NCBI GenBank assembly: GCA_046086645.1
Contig: JBJSXZ010000152.1
Location: 1 to 38,707 of the forward strand
Source of the DNA: Candidatus Limnocylindrus sp.
GTDB lineage: Bacteria > Chloroflexota > Limnocylindria > Limnocylindrales > Limnocylindraceae
Length of the DNA: 38,707 nucleotides
Direction: 5' to 3'
This document shows, one piece after another, positions 7,396 to 17,858 of this stretch. Made by a program: the position numbers and the translations under genes. The first letter of the stretch is position 1. Every line of letters starts with the position of its first letter. Below the pieces are notes generated by a model. The model ran no database searches and was not told the DNA's origin. It saw only the letters and a list, made by a program, of their open reading frames with translations.

Positions 7396-7400
7396 GGGGC

Positions 7401-8624
7401 ATGACCCTCTCACTTGCCCGCGCAGGGATGCGCCGCGCCTCGTACCTCTACCTCGGCGTAGGCCTCATGCAGGCGTGCTATCTCCCCTACACCGCAATCG
7501 TCTTTCATAGTCGCGGGGTCGGCGTTGAGTCGATCGGCCTCATCAGCGCGATGAACGCCATGATCGCCCTCACAGCAGCACCGATCTGGGGCCACCTTGG
7601 TGACGCGACACTCGGCCGCGCTGCGGCGTTTCGGCTCTCACTCCTCCTGAGCGCTACGGGGGTAGCGCTCTTCGCCTTCGGCCCGCTTGACGGCATTCCA
7701 GGTGCGACCCTGAGCGCATTCGCCGGCGCGGGGATCGTCCCACTCCTTGATGCCATCGGCATGGAGCGCCTTGCTGCAACGGGCGGGCAGTGGGGGCCGT
7801 TGCGTGCGCTCACCAGCGGGAGTTATGCCACCGCCTGCATCGCATCGGGCGCAGTCGTTGCAGCGGCGGGAATTGGCGCCATCGGCCCACTCTACGCTGG
7901 CGGTGCACTCATCATCTTGCTCGGAACCATTGGGTTGCGCACCAACGCCCCCCTCAATCTCCACGCAGCGGCAGAACAAGAGTTGCAGCGGAGCGAGCTT
8001 GCTGGTGGTAATGCGGAGATCGCAGTTGTCGGAAGCTGGCGTGATCGGTTCGGCACTGCAAGCATCACCTTCCGTCGTTCACCGCGCCTCGCTCCGTTCT
8101 TGCTCTTGAGTCTCTTTATGAATCTCGGTGCAGGCGCCTTCTATGCCTACGGCACGATTCGCATGCAGGATCTCGGTGGCACGGAGTCGATGGTCGCGTT
8201 GAGCTCGAGCGTCTCGGCAGCGGTTGAGATTCCATTCTTCATCGCTGGCGCAGTTGTCGTCACGCGCCTTGGCTTGCGCACGCTCTACATCTTCGGGCTC
8301 CTCGGCCTGGCTGCCTGCACCCTCGCCTACGCAGTGATCCCGTCGCCAGAACTCCTGATCACTGCGCGTGGGCTCTGTGGCGTTGGGTTCTCCAGCACGC
8401 TCTTGGCGAGTGTTATGGCTGTTCGCTCCATGGTGCCACTCGAGCTCCAGGCAACGGGGCAGGCGCTGCTCGGTGCGATCTCATTCGGTCTAGCCGTTTC
8501 TATCGCCTCACTCGTTGGAGGTGTGATCTACGCGCAGTTAGGCGCAGAGACGCTCTTCTATCTCGCGACGCTCATCTTGCTGAGTGCGATCCCTTTTGCT
8601 ACGCGCATCTTACGCAACATCTAA
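7401..8624 (+). CDS. MFS transporter
   Basis: ORF 7302..8624 trimmed to ATG 7401 (MTLSLARAGM...), just after the dnaB stop. The 407-aa product is polytopic and hydrophobic with about 12 TM-like segments. Confidence 0.8.
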   Translation: MTLSLARAGMRRASYLYLGVGLMQACYLPYTAIVFHSRGVGVESIGLISAMNAMIALTAAPIWGHLGDATLGRAAAFRLSLLLSATGVALFAFGPLDGIPGATLSAFAGAGIVPLLDAIGMERLAATGGQWGPLRALTSGSYATACIASGAVVAAAGIGAIGPLYAGGALIILLGTIGLRTNAPLNLHAAAEQELQRSELAGGNAEIAVVGSWRDRFGTASITFRRSPRLAPFLLLSLFMNLGAGAFYAYGTIRMQDLGGTESMVALSSSVSAAVEIPFFIAGAVVVTRLGLRTLYIFGLLGLAACTLAYAVIPSPELLITARGLCGVGFSSTLLASVMAVRSMVPLELQATGQALLGAISFGLAVSIASLVGGVIYAQLGAETLFYLATLILLSAIPFATRILRNI

Positions 8625-8633
8625 CGCTTGACG

Positions 8634-9740
<1,107 letters not shown>

Positions 9741-9865
9741 GCGCCGAGTGTAGAGTCTGCCGCTCCTGACGCGGGGGCACACCGCACAGCGGGTACGTGA
9801 GGAGTACGCACCTATGAGCACCATTCAGCCAAATCGTGGCGCTGCCGCGATAGCGAGGAGGGGGT

Positions 9866-11566
9866 ATGGCTGAAACTCAACGCGTACAGATGGCCCGTCC
9901 ACGACTAGAGGCACACCTTGACCGCATCGCTGAGGGTGGCGTCGCGCTTATCGCAGGGAGCTCTGGGTATGGGAAGAGCAGCGCGGTTGCCGCATGGGCC
10001 TCTCGGTCTCCGCAGCCAACGCGCTGGATCCGGGCGAGTACGCGCCTTCATCATGCGCTGGCGCTTGCGGTCGATGAAGATGATGGGGCGCGCCTTCCGC
10101 GCCTCAGCCGAGCTATCCGTCGCCGACACTCGCTTGAGACGTGCACCGCTGCGCTGAGCGCAGATCTTGCGTCACCATTCGGATGCATGAATCTGGTCCT
10201 TGACGGGGTTGATGCGCTTGTTGCCACGAGCGAAGGGTTAGATTTTTTGCGGAGGATTGTCGAACGTAATCCCGACACCTCCCGCGTCGTTCTCATCGGC
10301 AGGCGGAATGCGGCACTCCGGCTCGCAATGGCCGAGAGTAAGCGACCAATCGTGGAGATTGGTGCTCTAGATCTACGCATCTCACCACTCCAGACACGCC
10401 AAATCGCAGAGTCCCGTGGCCTAGCCGCCGAGGGAAATCGTCTAGAGCAGGCACGACGCGATGCTGCTGGGAACGGCGGCGCTGTTGCAGTGTGGGCGGC
10501 ACAAGCAAGCGGGGCACTCCCTCGTGGAGAGCTCGAAGATTTCATTCGGCGTGATGTTGTCGGCGAGAGTGCTGCGACACTTGAGCGACTGGTTAGCGAT
10601 GCCGGTGATCGGCCCGATGAGATGGCACTGCAGTGTCTCTGGAGCGAAGGACTCCTTATTGCGCCTGCAGATCGTGATGAGCTTGGCTCCGAGCAGTGGC
10701 AGGTACCGGCGATGATTGCGCAGGCACTGAGCATCCCGCAGAGCGTTCCCGGGGTAGAGGTGCAGCGCCACTATATTGATGCACCACAGTTGAAGATCCA
10801 CGTGACGAGTCGTGTCGCACACATCCATGATCTTGGACCACTCACGCTAGAGGTTGAAGGCCGCGTGGTTGAAGGGGCAGCAATTCGACCTCGGTCGCTG
10901 GCGTTGCTCCTCTATCTCGCAACACGCCCGAGGCAGACAGCAACGCGCGAAGAGGTCATCGACGCGCTCTGGCCTGATGCAGAAGAGTCGGCGGGGCTCA
11001 ATTCGCTGAACCAGGCGATCTTTCATCTGCGGCGAACCATTGACCCGCACTACGACGAGGCGGCAGCAACGAACTCTCCAACACCCTACGTTCGGCATGA
11101 GGCAGAGGTTGTCTCCTTGCACCCCGAACTTGTGCGATTTGATTCGGCGATACTCAACGCGCGGCTTGATCGCTCGCAGGCGAATGCGCGAACAGAAGAG
11201 CTCGAGGAACTCCTTGAGAGCTACCGCGGTCCCTTTGGCGTGGAACTGCCATTCGAATCGTGGGTCGCGACGTATCGTGGCTCGCTGGAGATCGGCCTCT
11301 TGAGCCTGTTGGAACGGGCAGTTCTTGCGGCGTATGAGATGGGTGATCTCGATCGCGCGATTGATCTGTCGGCTCGCGCCGCTCGAATCGATCCGGCAGA
11401 TGGTGGGCTGCTTGAGCGACTCGCCATCTTGCTCGATGAGGGTGGTGCCACGGTAAGCGCTCGCCGTGCAGCACGTAGGGCGCTTCTACTCTTGGATGAT
11501 TTATCAATTACGCCAAACCCGCACCTGAGGAGGATTAGCGGCGGGCAGGATCCTTCGTTGAAGTGA
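9866..11566 (+). CDS. transcriptional regulator: MalT-like P-loop NTPase followed by SARP-type wHTH + BTAD
   Basis: The N-terminus has RPRLEAHL...LIAGSSGYGKSS (Walker A) and NLVLDGVD (Walker B). The C-terminus has LGPLTLEVEGRVV...RSLALLLYLATRP...REEVIDALWPD (OmpR/SARP wHTH) followed by a BTAD-like helical region (LESYRGPF...). Confidence 0.75.
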   Translation: MAETQRVQMARPRLEAHLDRIAEGGVALIAGSSGYGKSSAVAAWASRSPQPTRWIRASTRLHHALALAVDEDDGARLPRLSRAIRRRHSLETCTAALSADLASPFGCMNLVLDGVDALVATSEGLDFLRRIVERNPDTSRVVLIGRRNAALRLAMAESKRPIVEIGALDLRISPLQTRQIAESRGLAAEGNRLEQARRDAAGNGGAVAVWAAQASGALPRGELEDFIRRDVVGESAATLERLVSDAGDRPDEMALQCLWSEGLLIAPADRDELGSEQWQVPAMIAQALSIPQSVPGVEVQRHYIDAPQLKIHVTSRVAHIHDLGPLTLEVEGRVVEGAAIRPRSLALLLYLATRPRQTATREEVIDALWPDAEESAGLNSLNQAIFHLRRTIDPHYDEAAATNSPTPYVRHEAEVVSLHPELVRFDSAILNARLDRSQANARTEELEELLESYRGPFGVELPFESWVATYRGSLEIGLLSLLERAVLAAYEMGDLDRAIDLSARAARIDPADGGLLERLAILLDEGGATVSARRAARRALLLLDDLSITPNPHLRRISGGQDPSLK

Positions 11567-11978
11567 GTGCGACCTTAATGGCAGCCGCGGTGGAGACAAA
11601 CACTGTCGTTCCAAAGATCAGACACCAGCCACACCAGGCGCCAATCACGAATGCTTGAACGCCGATGAGGCCGAGTTCAATCACGCTCCCAGCGACCCCT
11701 GCCATCAGCCAAACGAAAAGCGCACGCTCGCCCCCTTGGCGAGCGTGAAGGAGTGAGGCAGCGAAAAGTACGAGTGCTCCAGCAACGCCAATCGCCGCAA
11801 CGGGGATTGGGCCGATGCTCGACCAGACAGAGGCTTCAACTTTGGCGCAACCGCCGAACGGGCCGAGTGCAGGCCCGCAGAGCAACGTGATGCCAATTAC
11901 ACGTACTGCAAGGAGATACGAAGAGACTGCAACGCCAACGAGCGAGGCAACGATGCCGACGCGGTGCGCGCGGCGCAT
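11535..11978 (-). CDS. vitamin K epoxide reductase (VKOR) family protein
   Basis: 4-TM protein with a loop Cys pair (CGPALGPFGGC) and a CxxC in a TM helix (CGWC). It lies immediately downstream of the DsbA-like gene. Its 3' end overlaps the convergent regulator gene by 32 nt. Confidence 0.8.
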   Translation of the reverse strand: MRRAHRVGIVASLVGVAVSSYLLAVRVIGITLLCGPALGPFGGCAKVEASVWSSIGPIPVAAIGVAGALVLFAASLLHARQGGERALFVWLMAGVAGSVIELGLIGVQAFVIGAWCGWCLIFGTTVFVSTAAAIKVALTSTKDPARR

Positions 11979-11981
11979 GAA

Positions 11982-12662
11982 CTACTTCTTGCCGAGAGCG
12001 GCGTCGATCTTCGCGCTGATCGCATCAATGGTTGGAAGGCCTGCCTCCATCCAGTCGCCGATCTTGAGCGTTGGCGTGCTATTGACGCCGAGTGCAGCTG
12101 CTGCAGCGGCATCTGCTTCTACCTCAGCACGATTCGCTGGATCGGTAATGCAGTCGTCATATGCCGCAAGGTCAAGCCCTGCTGCCGCCGCAATAATGCG
12201 GAGGCGCTCATCGCTGAAGCCGCCCTCGTTCTCGCCGTGCTGATTCGCATAGACCCACGAGCTGAATGCCCAGTACTTATCTTGCTTCTCGGCACAAACA
12301 GCACCAGTAGCCGCTGTAAACGATTCTTCGCCCAAGAATGCGTAGTGGTGGTGCTCGATGCGCAGCTTGCCATCGACGACATATCGCTCATAGAGCCGTG
12401 GCTCAATGTTGTTGGCCCACTGTCCACAGATCGGACACTGGAAGTCAGCCCACACCTCGAGCACAACCGGGGCGTCGATAGCGCCGATGCCACGGCCCAC
12501 AGTGAACGCGGGATCTGGGTTTTCGAGCAGTGGGGCGACTGGCGCAAAGGATCCGGTCGGGTTGGGCTTGCCCCCTTCGAACGGATTGGCGAGGAAGATC
12601 ACCACGACGGCAACGGCTCCCACAACCAGCCCGGTAAGCGCGGCGTTCTTCAACATGCTCAT
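11982..12662 (-). CDS. DsbA-family thiol:disulfide oxidoreductase, membrane-anchored
   Basis: ORF 11982..12692 trimmed to MSMLKNAALTGLVVGAVAVVVIF (anchor). Thioredoxin-fold active site is FQCPICGQW. Confidence 0.85.
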   Translation of the reverse strand: MSMLKNAALTGLVVGAVAVVVIFLANPFEGGKPNPTGSFAPVAPLLENPDPAFTVGRGIGAIDAPVVLEVWADFQCPICGQWANNIEPRLYERYVVDGKLRIEHHHYAFLGEESFTAATGAVCAEKQDKYWAFSSWVYANQHGENEGGFSDERLRIIAAAAGLDLAAYDDCITDPANRAEVEADAAAAAALGVNSTPTLKIGDWMEAGLPTIDAISAKIDAALGKK

Positions 12663-12697
12663 GCACGAAGTATAGGGGGGTCTGCAGATCATGCTAA

Positions 12698-12714
12698 ATG
12701 AGACTGAGTCTCAT
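12698..12714. promoter_or_regulatory. Fur-family (putative Zur) operator, ATGAGACT-G-AGTCTCAT
   Basis: Perfect 8-1-8 palindrome with TGA...TCA arms, in the dsbA/zur divergent region. It overlaps the inferred -35 and spacer of the zur promoter (-10 TAGGAT at 12721-12726). Confidence 0.6.
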
Positions 12715-12732
12715 ATGTGCTAGGATCTCCGT

Positions 12733-13158
12733 ATGAGCGAACAGCTACTCGAACTACTCAACGGCGCAGGGGTCCGCCTCACTGGGCCGCGGCGCGAGTT
12801 GGCTGCCCTGATCAGCAAGCGGGGCGGGCACTTCACCGCTGCCGATCTTGTTGCGGACGCAGCGAAACGCCGACTGGGGATTGGGCGCGCAACGGTCTTC
12901 CGCTTCCTTGACCTGCTCACCGAACAGGGCGTCATGGAGCATGTCGATCTGCCGGATGGTCGTCACGCCTATGTCCCCTGCGAACCAACGCACCATCATC
13001 ACCTGGTCTGCACGCGTTGTGGCTCGGTCAATGAGGTTGCAGACTGCGGTATCGACTCCGTGACGGCCGAGGCGGCTCGTCGAAGCGGTTTTGAGATCCA
13101 GTCGCACCGGCTTGAGCTCTTCGGGCGCTGCCCGAAGTGTCAGAGGGTTAAGCGATGA
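12733..13158 (+). CDS. zur: Fur-family metalloregulator, probably Zur
   Basis: 141 aa with a wHTH (RATVFRFLDLLTEQGV), an HHHH run and two CxxC pairs (CTRCG, CPKCQ). First gene of a metal ABC-uptake operon. Confidence 0.85.
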   Translation: MSEQLLELLNGAGVRLTGPRRELAALISKRGGHFTAADLVADAAKRRLGIGRATVFRFLDLLTEQGVMEHVDLPDGRHAYVPCEPTHHHHLVCTRCGSVNEVADCGIDSVTAEAARRSGFEIQSHRLELFGRCPKCQRVKR

Positions 13159-14069
13159 CGCGTCGCGGCGTCACATGGTTCCTCGCAACCATCCTGCTCA
13201 GCGCAGGATGTGGTGCACCGGTCAGAAGTTCGTCAGCCTCCACATATACGGTCGTTGCAACCTCGAGTGTGTTTGCGGATCTTGCATCCATGGCACTTGG
13301 TGACTCCGCACGCGTTATCTCGCTTGTGCCGGCAGGTTTCGACGTGCACACATTTGAGCCATCGCCAGAAACATCTCGTGTTGTCTCTACCGCAGATCTT
13401 CTTCTCATGAATGGACTCGGACTTGACGACTGGGTTCAATCTATCCTCGACGCTTCACCTATCTCAACAAAAAACGTGTTGCGCCTCGGCGAGCAGATTG
13501 AAGCGACGGATCACTGGGTCTACCTGCAAGAGGGTGGCTCCGGTGGCGTTGACCCGCATATCTGGCTTGATCCTGCAGGCGCACTGATCTATATCAAGCG
13601 CATTGCAGCACGAGTGGTGCAGGATCTCCCAGACGCCCGCAGTGCAATTGAATCTTCACTTGCAACAGCTATTGCGGCAATTGAGTCGCTTGACACATCA
13701 CTCAAGACAAGCTTTGCGTCAATTGCTTCACGCAAGATCATCACCTTCCACGATGCGTTTGGGTATTTCGTGCGCGCGTACGGCCTTGAGGTTGTTGGCG
13801 TCGCAGTAGAAGCTCCGGGGCAAGATCCAAGTGCGCAGCAGATCGCAGAGCTGATTGACCTCATCAACACTACAGGAGTCCGCGCGATCTTTAGTGAGGC
13901 GCAGTTCCCATCGAAGGTGCTTGACCAGATCGCAGCTGAGACTGGCGCAACCGTGCTGGGAAGCCTCTACTCCGATGCATTGGGACCCAGTCCAGCAGAT
14001 AGCTACCTTGGGATGATGCGTGCGAACGGTGCGGCTATTGCTCAGGCGCTCGGCGGAGTCGCACCATGA
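13155..14069 (+). CDS. znuA: metal (Zn/Mn) ABC transporter substrate-binding lipoprotein, TroA/ZnuA family
   Basis: Lipobox LLSAGC and the DPHIWLDP motif. ATGA overlap with zur. Metal specificity is not determinable by eye. Confidence 0.85.
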   Translation: MTRRGVTWFLATILLSAGCGAPVRSSSASTYTVVATSSVFADLASMALGDSARVISLVPAGFDVHTFEPSPETSRVVSTADLLLMNGLGLDDWVQSILDASPISTKNVLRLGEQIEATDHWVYLQEGGSGGVDPHIWLDPAGALIYIKRIAARVVQDLPDARSAIESSLATAIAAIESLDTSLKTSFASIASRKIITFHDAFGYFVRAYGLEVVGVAVEAPGQDPSAQQIAELIDLINTTGVRAIFSEAQFPSKVLDQIAAETGATVLGSLYSDALGPSPADSYLGMMRANGAAIAQALGGVAP

Positions 14070-14857
14070 AGACGGCTGCAGTGATGCTCAACGGCGTTAC
14101 GGCCGGCTACGGCGACCGCGCCGCCATCCAAGATGTCAATCTCGCGATTGCCGCCGGGTCACTTACCGCAATCTTCGGACCGAATGGAGGCGGCAAGTCG
14201 ACACTGCTGAAGTGCATCGCCGGGCTGATGCAACCGTGGTCTGGCAGCATTGCGGTGCTTGGTGGTCCTGTAGGAAGATTTGCTCAACGCGTTGCCTATG
14301 TGCCCCAGGCAGAACAGGTCGACTGGAGTTTTCCCGTCTCTGTCGACGAGGTGGTCATGATGGGTCGCACCCCAATGATTGGGATTGGACGCTCGCCGCA
14401 ACAGAGAGATCGCGATCAAGTTGCAATGGCGCTTGATCGTGTTGAGATGGGGCACCTTTCAAAGCAGCAGGTCGGTGCACTTTCGGGCGGGCAGCGACGT
14501 CGCGTCTTCCTTGCGCGTGCGATTGCCGCAGACCCTGAGATCTACCTGCTCGACGAGCCGGTGACCGGTGTCGACCCGGTGACGCAAGAGAAGATCATGA
14601 ACGTGCTCGACGATGAGGCCGCACGTGGACGCACGGTCATTGCTACGACGCACGATCTCGCCTGTGCCGCGCAGCGGTTCCATGACGTCGTCGCGCTTGC
14701 TGGTCGCATCGTTGTGCACGGAAAAGCACAGTTGGTGCTTGATCGCGAGGTGCTTGAGAAGACCTACGGTGGCCACCTTGTACCACTTGCCGGCGGTGGA
14801 GTTGTCTTGCTCGATGACCCGCACCATTCGCATGGTGCGCACGAGGGCCACGAATGA
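14066..14857 (+). CDS. znuC: metal ABC transporter ATP-binding protein
   Basis: Walker A GPNGGGKST, signature LSGGQRRRV, Walker B IYLLDEP. ATGA overlap with the upstream gene. Confidence 0.9.
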   Translation: MKTAAVMLNGVTAGYGDRAAIQDVNLAIAAGSLTAIFGPNGGGKSTLLKCIAGLMQPWSGSIAVLGGPVGRFAQRVAYVPQAEQVDWSFPVSVDEVVMMGRTPMIGIGRSPQQRDRDQVAMALDRVEMGHLSKQQVGALSGGQRRRVFLARAIAADPEIYLLDEPVTGVDPVTQEKIMNVLDDEAARGRTVIATTHDLACAAQRFHDVVALAGRIVVHGKAQLVLDREVLEKTYGGHLVPLAGGGVVLLDDPHHSHGAHEGHE

Positions 14858-15714
14858 ACCCTTTCGACCTCATCTTGCAGCCACTGGCGTATGAGTTTTT
14901 TGTGCGCGCACTGATTGCGAGTGCACTGGTTGGGGTCGCCTGCGCCGTTGTTGGCGCCTTCGTCGTGCTGAAGGGGATGAGCTTTATCGGTGATGCGGTA
15001 AGCCACTCGGCCTTCCCAGGGATCGTCATCGCCTACCTGTTCGGGCTGCCGATCATCCTTGGCGGCGCGGTCGCCGCCATTGCGACCGCGTTGGGAATTG
15101 GTGCACTCACGCGACACTCAGGGTTGCGCGCCGATGCCGTGATCGGCGTCCTATTTGCTGGCATGTTTGCGCTTGGCGTCGCCCTTTTTTCGGCGATCCC
15201 AAACTATGTCGGCGACCTCTTCCACTTCTTGTTCGGCGACGTGCTGGGTATCAGTGTTGCCGACCTGATCACCCTCTCAATCCTTGTCACACTCTTGCTG
15301 TTCGTTGTCCGACTCCTGTGGAAGGAGCTGCTCTTTGCCACGTTTGATCCCCTTGGTGCAGGGGCGGCCGGCTTACCCGTGCGACGCCTCGATGATCTCC
15401 TCTTGATCCTGATCGCGGTGACGGTAGTTGTTAGCCTGCAGGCTGTTGGTATCGTGCTGGTGGTTGCAATGATCACGACGCCGGCCGCCACGGCACAGCT
15501 CCTTACAAAGCGCTTCGCGCACATGATCACCGTCGCCGCGATGATCGGGATTGCCTCCTCTGTCGCTGGGCTCTACGTGAGCTACACGATGAATCTTGCC
15601 TCTGGTGCGGCGATCGTCTTAATCGAGACGCTCGTCTTTGCTGGTGCGCTCACGGTTGTCACGGTGCGCAACCGCATGCGCGCAGTCCGTGCTGGGGAGA
15701 CCAGTAGCAGTTAG
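14854..15714 (+). CDS. znuB: metal ABC transporter permease
   Basis: 286-aa polytopic ABC-3 type permease. ATGA overlap with the ATPase gene. Confidence 0.9.
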   Translation: MNPFDLILQPLAYEFFVRALIASALVGVACAVVGAFVVLKGMSFIGDAVSHSAFPGIVIAYLFGLPIILGGAVAAIATALGIGALTRHSGLRADAVIGVLFAGMFALGVALFSAIPNYVGDLFHFLFGDVLGISVADLITLSILVTLLLFVVRLLWKELLFATFDPLGAGAAGLPVRRLDDLLLILIAVTVVVSLQAVGIVLVVAMITTPAATAQLLTKRFAHMITVAAMIGIASSVAGLYVSYTMNLASGAAIVLIETLVFAGALTVVTVRNRMRAVRAGETSSS

Positions 15715-15716
15715 GT

Positions 15717-16637
15717 CTATCGCAATCCGGCGAACAAATCGCTTTCAGGATGCGCAGGTTCATGATCGAGCCGATGCGCAATGAGGCGATACTGTTCCAT
15801 CGCGCCGAGATCAAGCAAGTCTTGGTCGCTCAGGAGCAGCAACGGACTGTCGTGCTTGATCTGTGTCGCATGGGCTTGAATGGCGCGCCGCTTTTCAGCG
15901 AGTTTCGTACTGATGTCGATGCGTGTCGTGATCAACGCATCTGGGCACGCCATGGCCGCACGCCACGCACGCCACTTCTCGAGATCTTCAGGCGTGGCAT
16001 CTTTCGGTTCGCTCCACCATGAGTCGATGCCGCGAGATTCGAGGAGCTGCAGCACCTTGTCGCGCTGCGAATCGGGTGTGCGAACCTCATACAGTTTCTT
16101 CGGCGACCAGGCAGATCCGGCCTCAGGGCGCCATGTTGGATCGCCAGCAACCTCCCAGGCACGGCGGGTAACGCGCGCAGCAGCAATGTGGTCGGGATGG
16201 CCGTAGCCGCCAAACTCGTCGTACGTCGCGAGCACATCGGGGTGAACCGCACGAATGATGCGCACGAGGCGCTCAACCGTGCCGTCGAGATCTGTCGTGC
16301 TGTGCTGATGGAATGAGCGTGGATCGTCGTTGCCTGCATCGCCAACCATGCCTGAGTCGCGGAAGCCGAGATTCACGAAATGGCTGACACCAAGCGCAGC
16401 CATTGCCGCGGCGATCTCACCCATGCGCGTCTCGCCAAGTTTGGCGTGTTGCTCTGGCGTGTCTCGCTCAGGAATAACGATCTCTCCGAGTTCACCACGT
16501 GTTCCGGTGACAACATAGGTGTCGGTACTCGAACTATGTGCCGCTGCATAGGTTGCGAGCGTCCCACCCATCGAGATCGTCTCGTCGTCGGGATGTGCGT
16601 GAACCGCCATGAGCAGGAGTCGACCGCGTGGATCCAT
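15717..16637 (-). CDS. PIG-L/LmbE family deacetylase (MshB/Mca-like)
   Basis: LLMAVHAHPDDE motif and HPDH motif. Length and overall pattern resemble mycothiol-type deacetylases/amidases. Confidence 0.8.
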   Translation of the reverse strand: MDPRGRLLLMAVHAHPDDETISMGGTLATYAAAHSSSTDTYVVTGTRGELGEIVIPERDTPEQHAKLGETRMGEIAAAMAALGVSHFVNLGFRDSGMVGDAGNDDPRSFHQHSTTDLDGTVERLVRIIRAVHPDVLATYDEFGGYGHPDHIAAARVTRRAWEVAGDPTWRPEAGSAWSPKKLYEVRTPDSQRDKVLQLLESRGIDSWWSEPKDATPEDLEKWRAWRAAMACPDALITTRIDISTKLAEKRRAIQAHATQIKHDSPLLLLSDQDLLDLGAMEQYRLIAHRLDHEPAHPESDLFAGLR

Positions 16638-16707
16638 CCTTAGATCCTACGCGCCAGAGGCGAAGTGGGTCGGCTACCCTATGGGGAGACGAGACCAAGG
16701 AGGGCAC

Positions 16708-17529
16708 ATGGCCGATCAGTCGACGCAACGTTGGGCACTCATTCTCGGCGCCTCAAGCGGCATTGGTGAGGCGACGGCTCGGCGTGCAGCCGAGGCGGGC
16801 TACAACATTTGTGGTGTCTACCTTGGCCGTTCACGTGGCGAGAAGCTCGACGCGGCCATAACTGCGGTGAAGGCCACAGGCGTTGAGGCACTCTACATTC
16901 GCGGCAACGCCGCCGATGACGAGAAGCGTGCCGAGGTTGTCGCACAATTGAAAGAACGCTTCACCGCCGCAACCGCCGCGAGAGAGAAGCCGCAACTTGG
17001 CATCGTCCTCCACTCTCTCGCCTTCGGCAGCCTGCAACCCTTCTTGCCTGACGGCGACACGGCGATCATCACCCGCAAGCAGATGGACATGACATCTGAT
17101 GTGATGGCGCATTCGCTCGTCTACTGGGTACAAGACCTCTACGCGGCAGGATTGATCGGCAGCACGACGCGAATCTTCGCAACATCATCCGAGGGTGCTG
17201 CTAAGGCTGTCCCGATGTACGGAGCAGTCGCCGCCGCCAAGGCGGCAGTCGAGGCCCACTGCCGACAGCTCGCACTGGAACTCGCGCGACTCGTCCCCGG
17301 CGCAACGGTCACGGCACTTCGCCCTGGTGTCGTCGATACGCCTGCGCTGCGCAAGATCCCTGGAAGCCAAGATTGGATCGACGTGGTGCTGAAGAAGCAT
17401 CCGGGCAAGCGGCTCACGACACCTGACGATGTTGGCCGCGCAATCGTTGCGCTCTCAGCTGCAGGATTGGGTTGGGTTACTGGCAACACCATCACGATCG
17501 ACGGTGGAGAACAAATCGCTGGGGGCTGA
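16708..17529 (+). CDS. short-chain dehydrogenase/reductase (enoyl-reductase-like SDR)
   Basis: ORF 16609..17529 trimmed to ATG 16708 behind SD AAGGAGG. Motifs are GASSGIGEA, a Y-x3-K (YGAVAAAK) and ITIDGG at the C-terminus. Confidence 0.85.
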   Translation: MADQSTQRWALILGASSGIGEATARRAAEAGYNICGVYLGRSRGEKLDAAITAVKATGVEALYIRGNAADDEKRAEVVAQLKERFTAATAAREKPQLGIVLHSLAFGSLQPFLPDGDTAIITRKQMDMTSDVMAHSLVYWVQDLYAAGLIGSTTRIFATSSEGAAKAVPMYGAVAAAKAAVEAHCRQLALELARLVPGATVTALRPGVVDTPALRKIPGSQDWIDVVLKKHPGKRLTTPDDVGRAIVALSAAGLGWVTGNTITIDGGEQIAGG

Positions 17530-17531
17530 CC

Positions 17532-17858
17532 CTAACTTCGTGCTCGCAGCACAATGCGCGCGAACAGCAGAGGGACCATTACGGTTGCCAGCGCAAGGGT
17601 CGGCGTCACTTCTCGGATCACTCCGGTGATGCGTGCACCAGCAAGGAGCGCACATCCGATGCCGACTACCATGCCCGTGGTCGATGGACGGATGCCAGAG
17701 CGCAGTCGTACGACGTTTGTGCCGATCAGGATGAGCGCCACTGCGAGCCACGCGGGCCCAGCAGAGGCAGAGACGGTGTCGCCGACGAGCAGCGTATATG
17801 CGACGACGAGTGCAGCAAGTGCAGTGAGAGAGATTCGGTTGATCGTTTGCCCGCGCAC
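17532..17858 (-). CDS. hypothetical small membrane protein
   Basis: 108 aa with about 3 hydrophobic segments. The GTG start overlaps the upstream gene's stop by 1 nt. No recognisable family. Confidence 0.4.
   Translation of the reverse strand: MRGQTINRISLTALAALVVAYTLLVGDTVSASAGPAWLAVALILIGTNVVRLRSGIRPSTTGMVVGIGCALLAGARITGVIREVTPTLALATVMVPLLFARIVLRARS

Noticed and set aside
11535-11566. 32-nt convergent overlap between the regulator and VKOR genes as a possible antisense regulatory device
   Set aside because: It may simply reflect uncertain stop-proximal sequence in two GC-rich genes. There is no supporting structure or motif, so it is mentioned only in the regulator finding.
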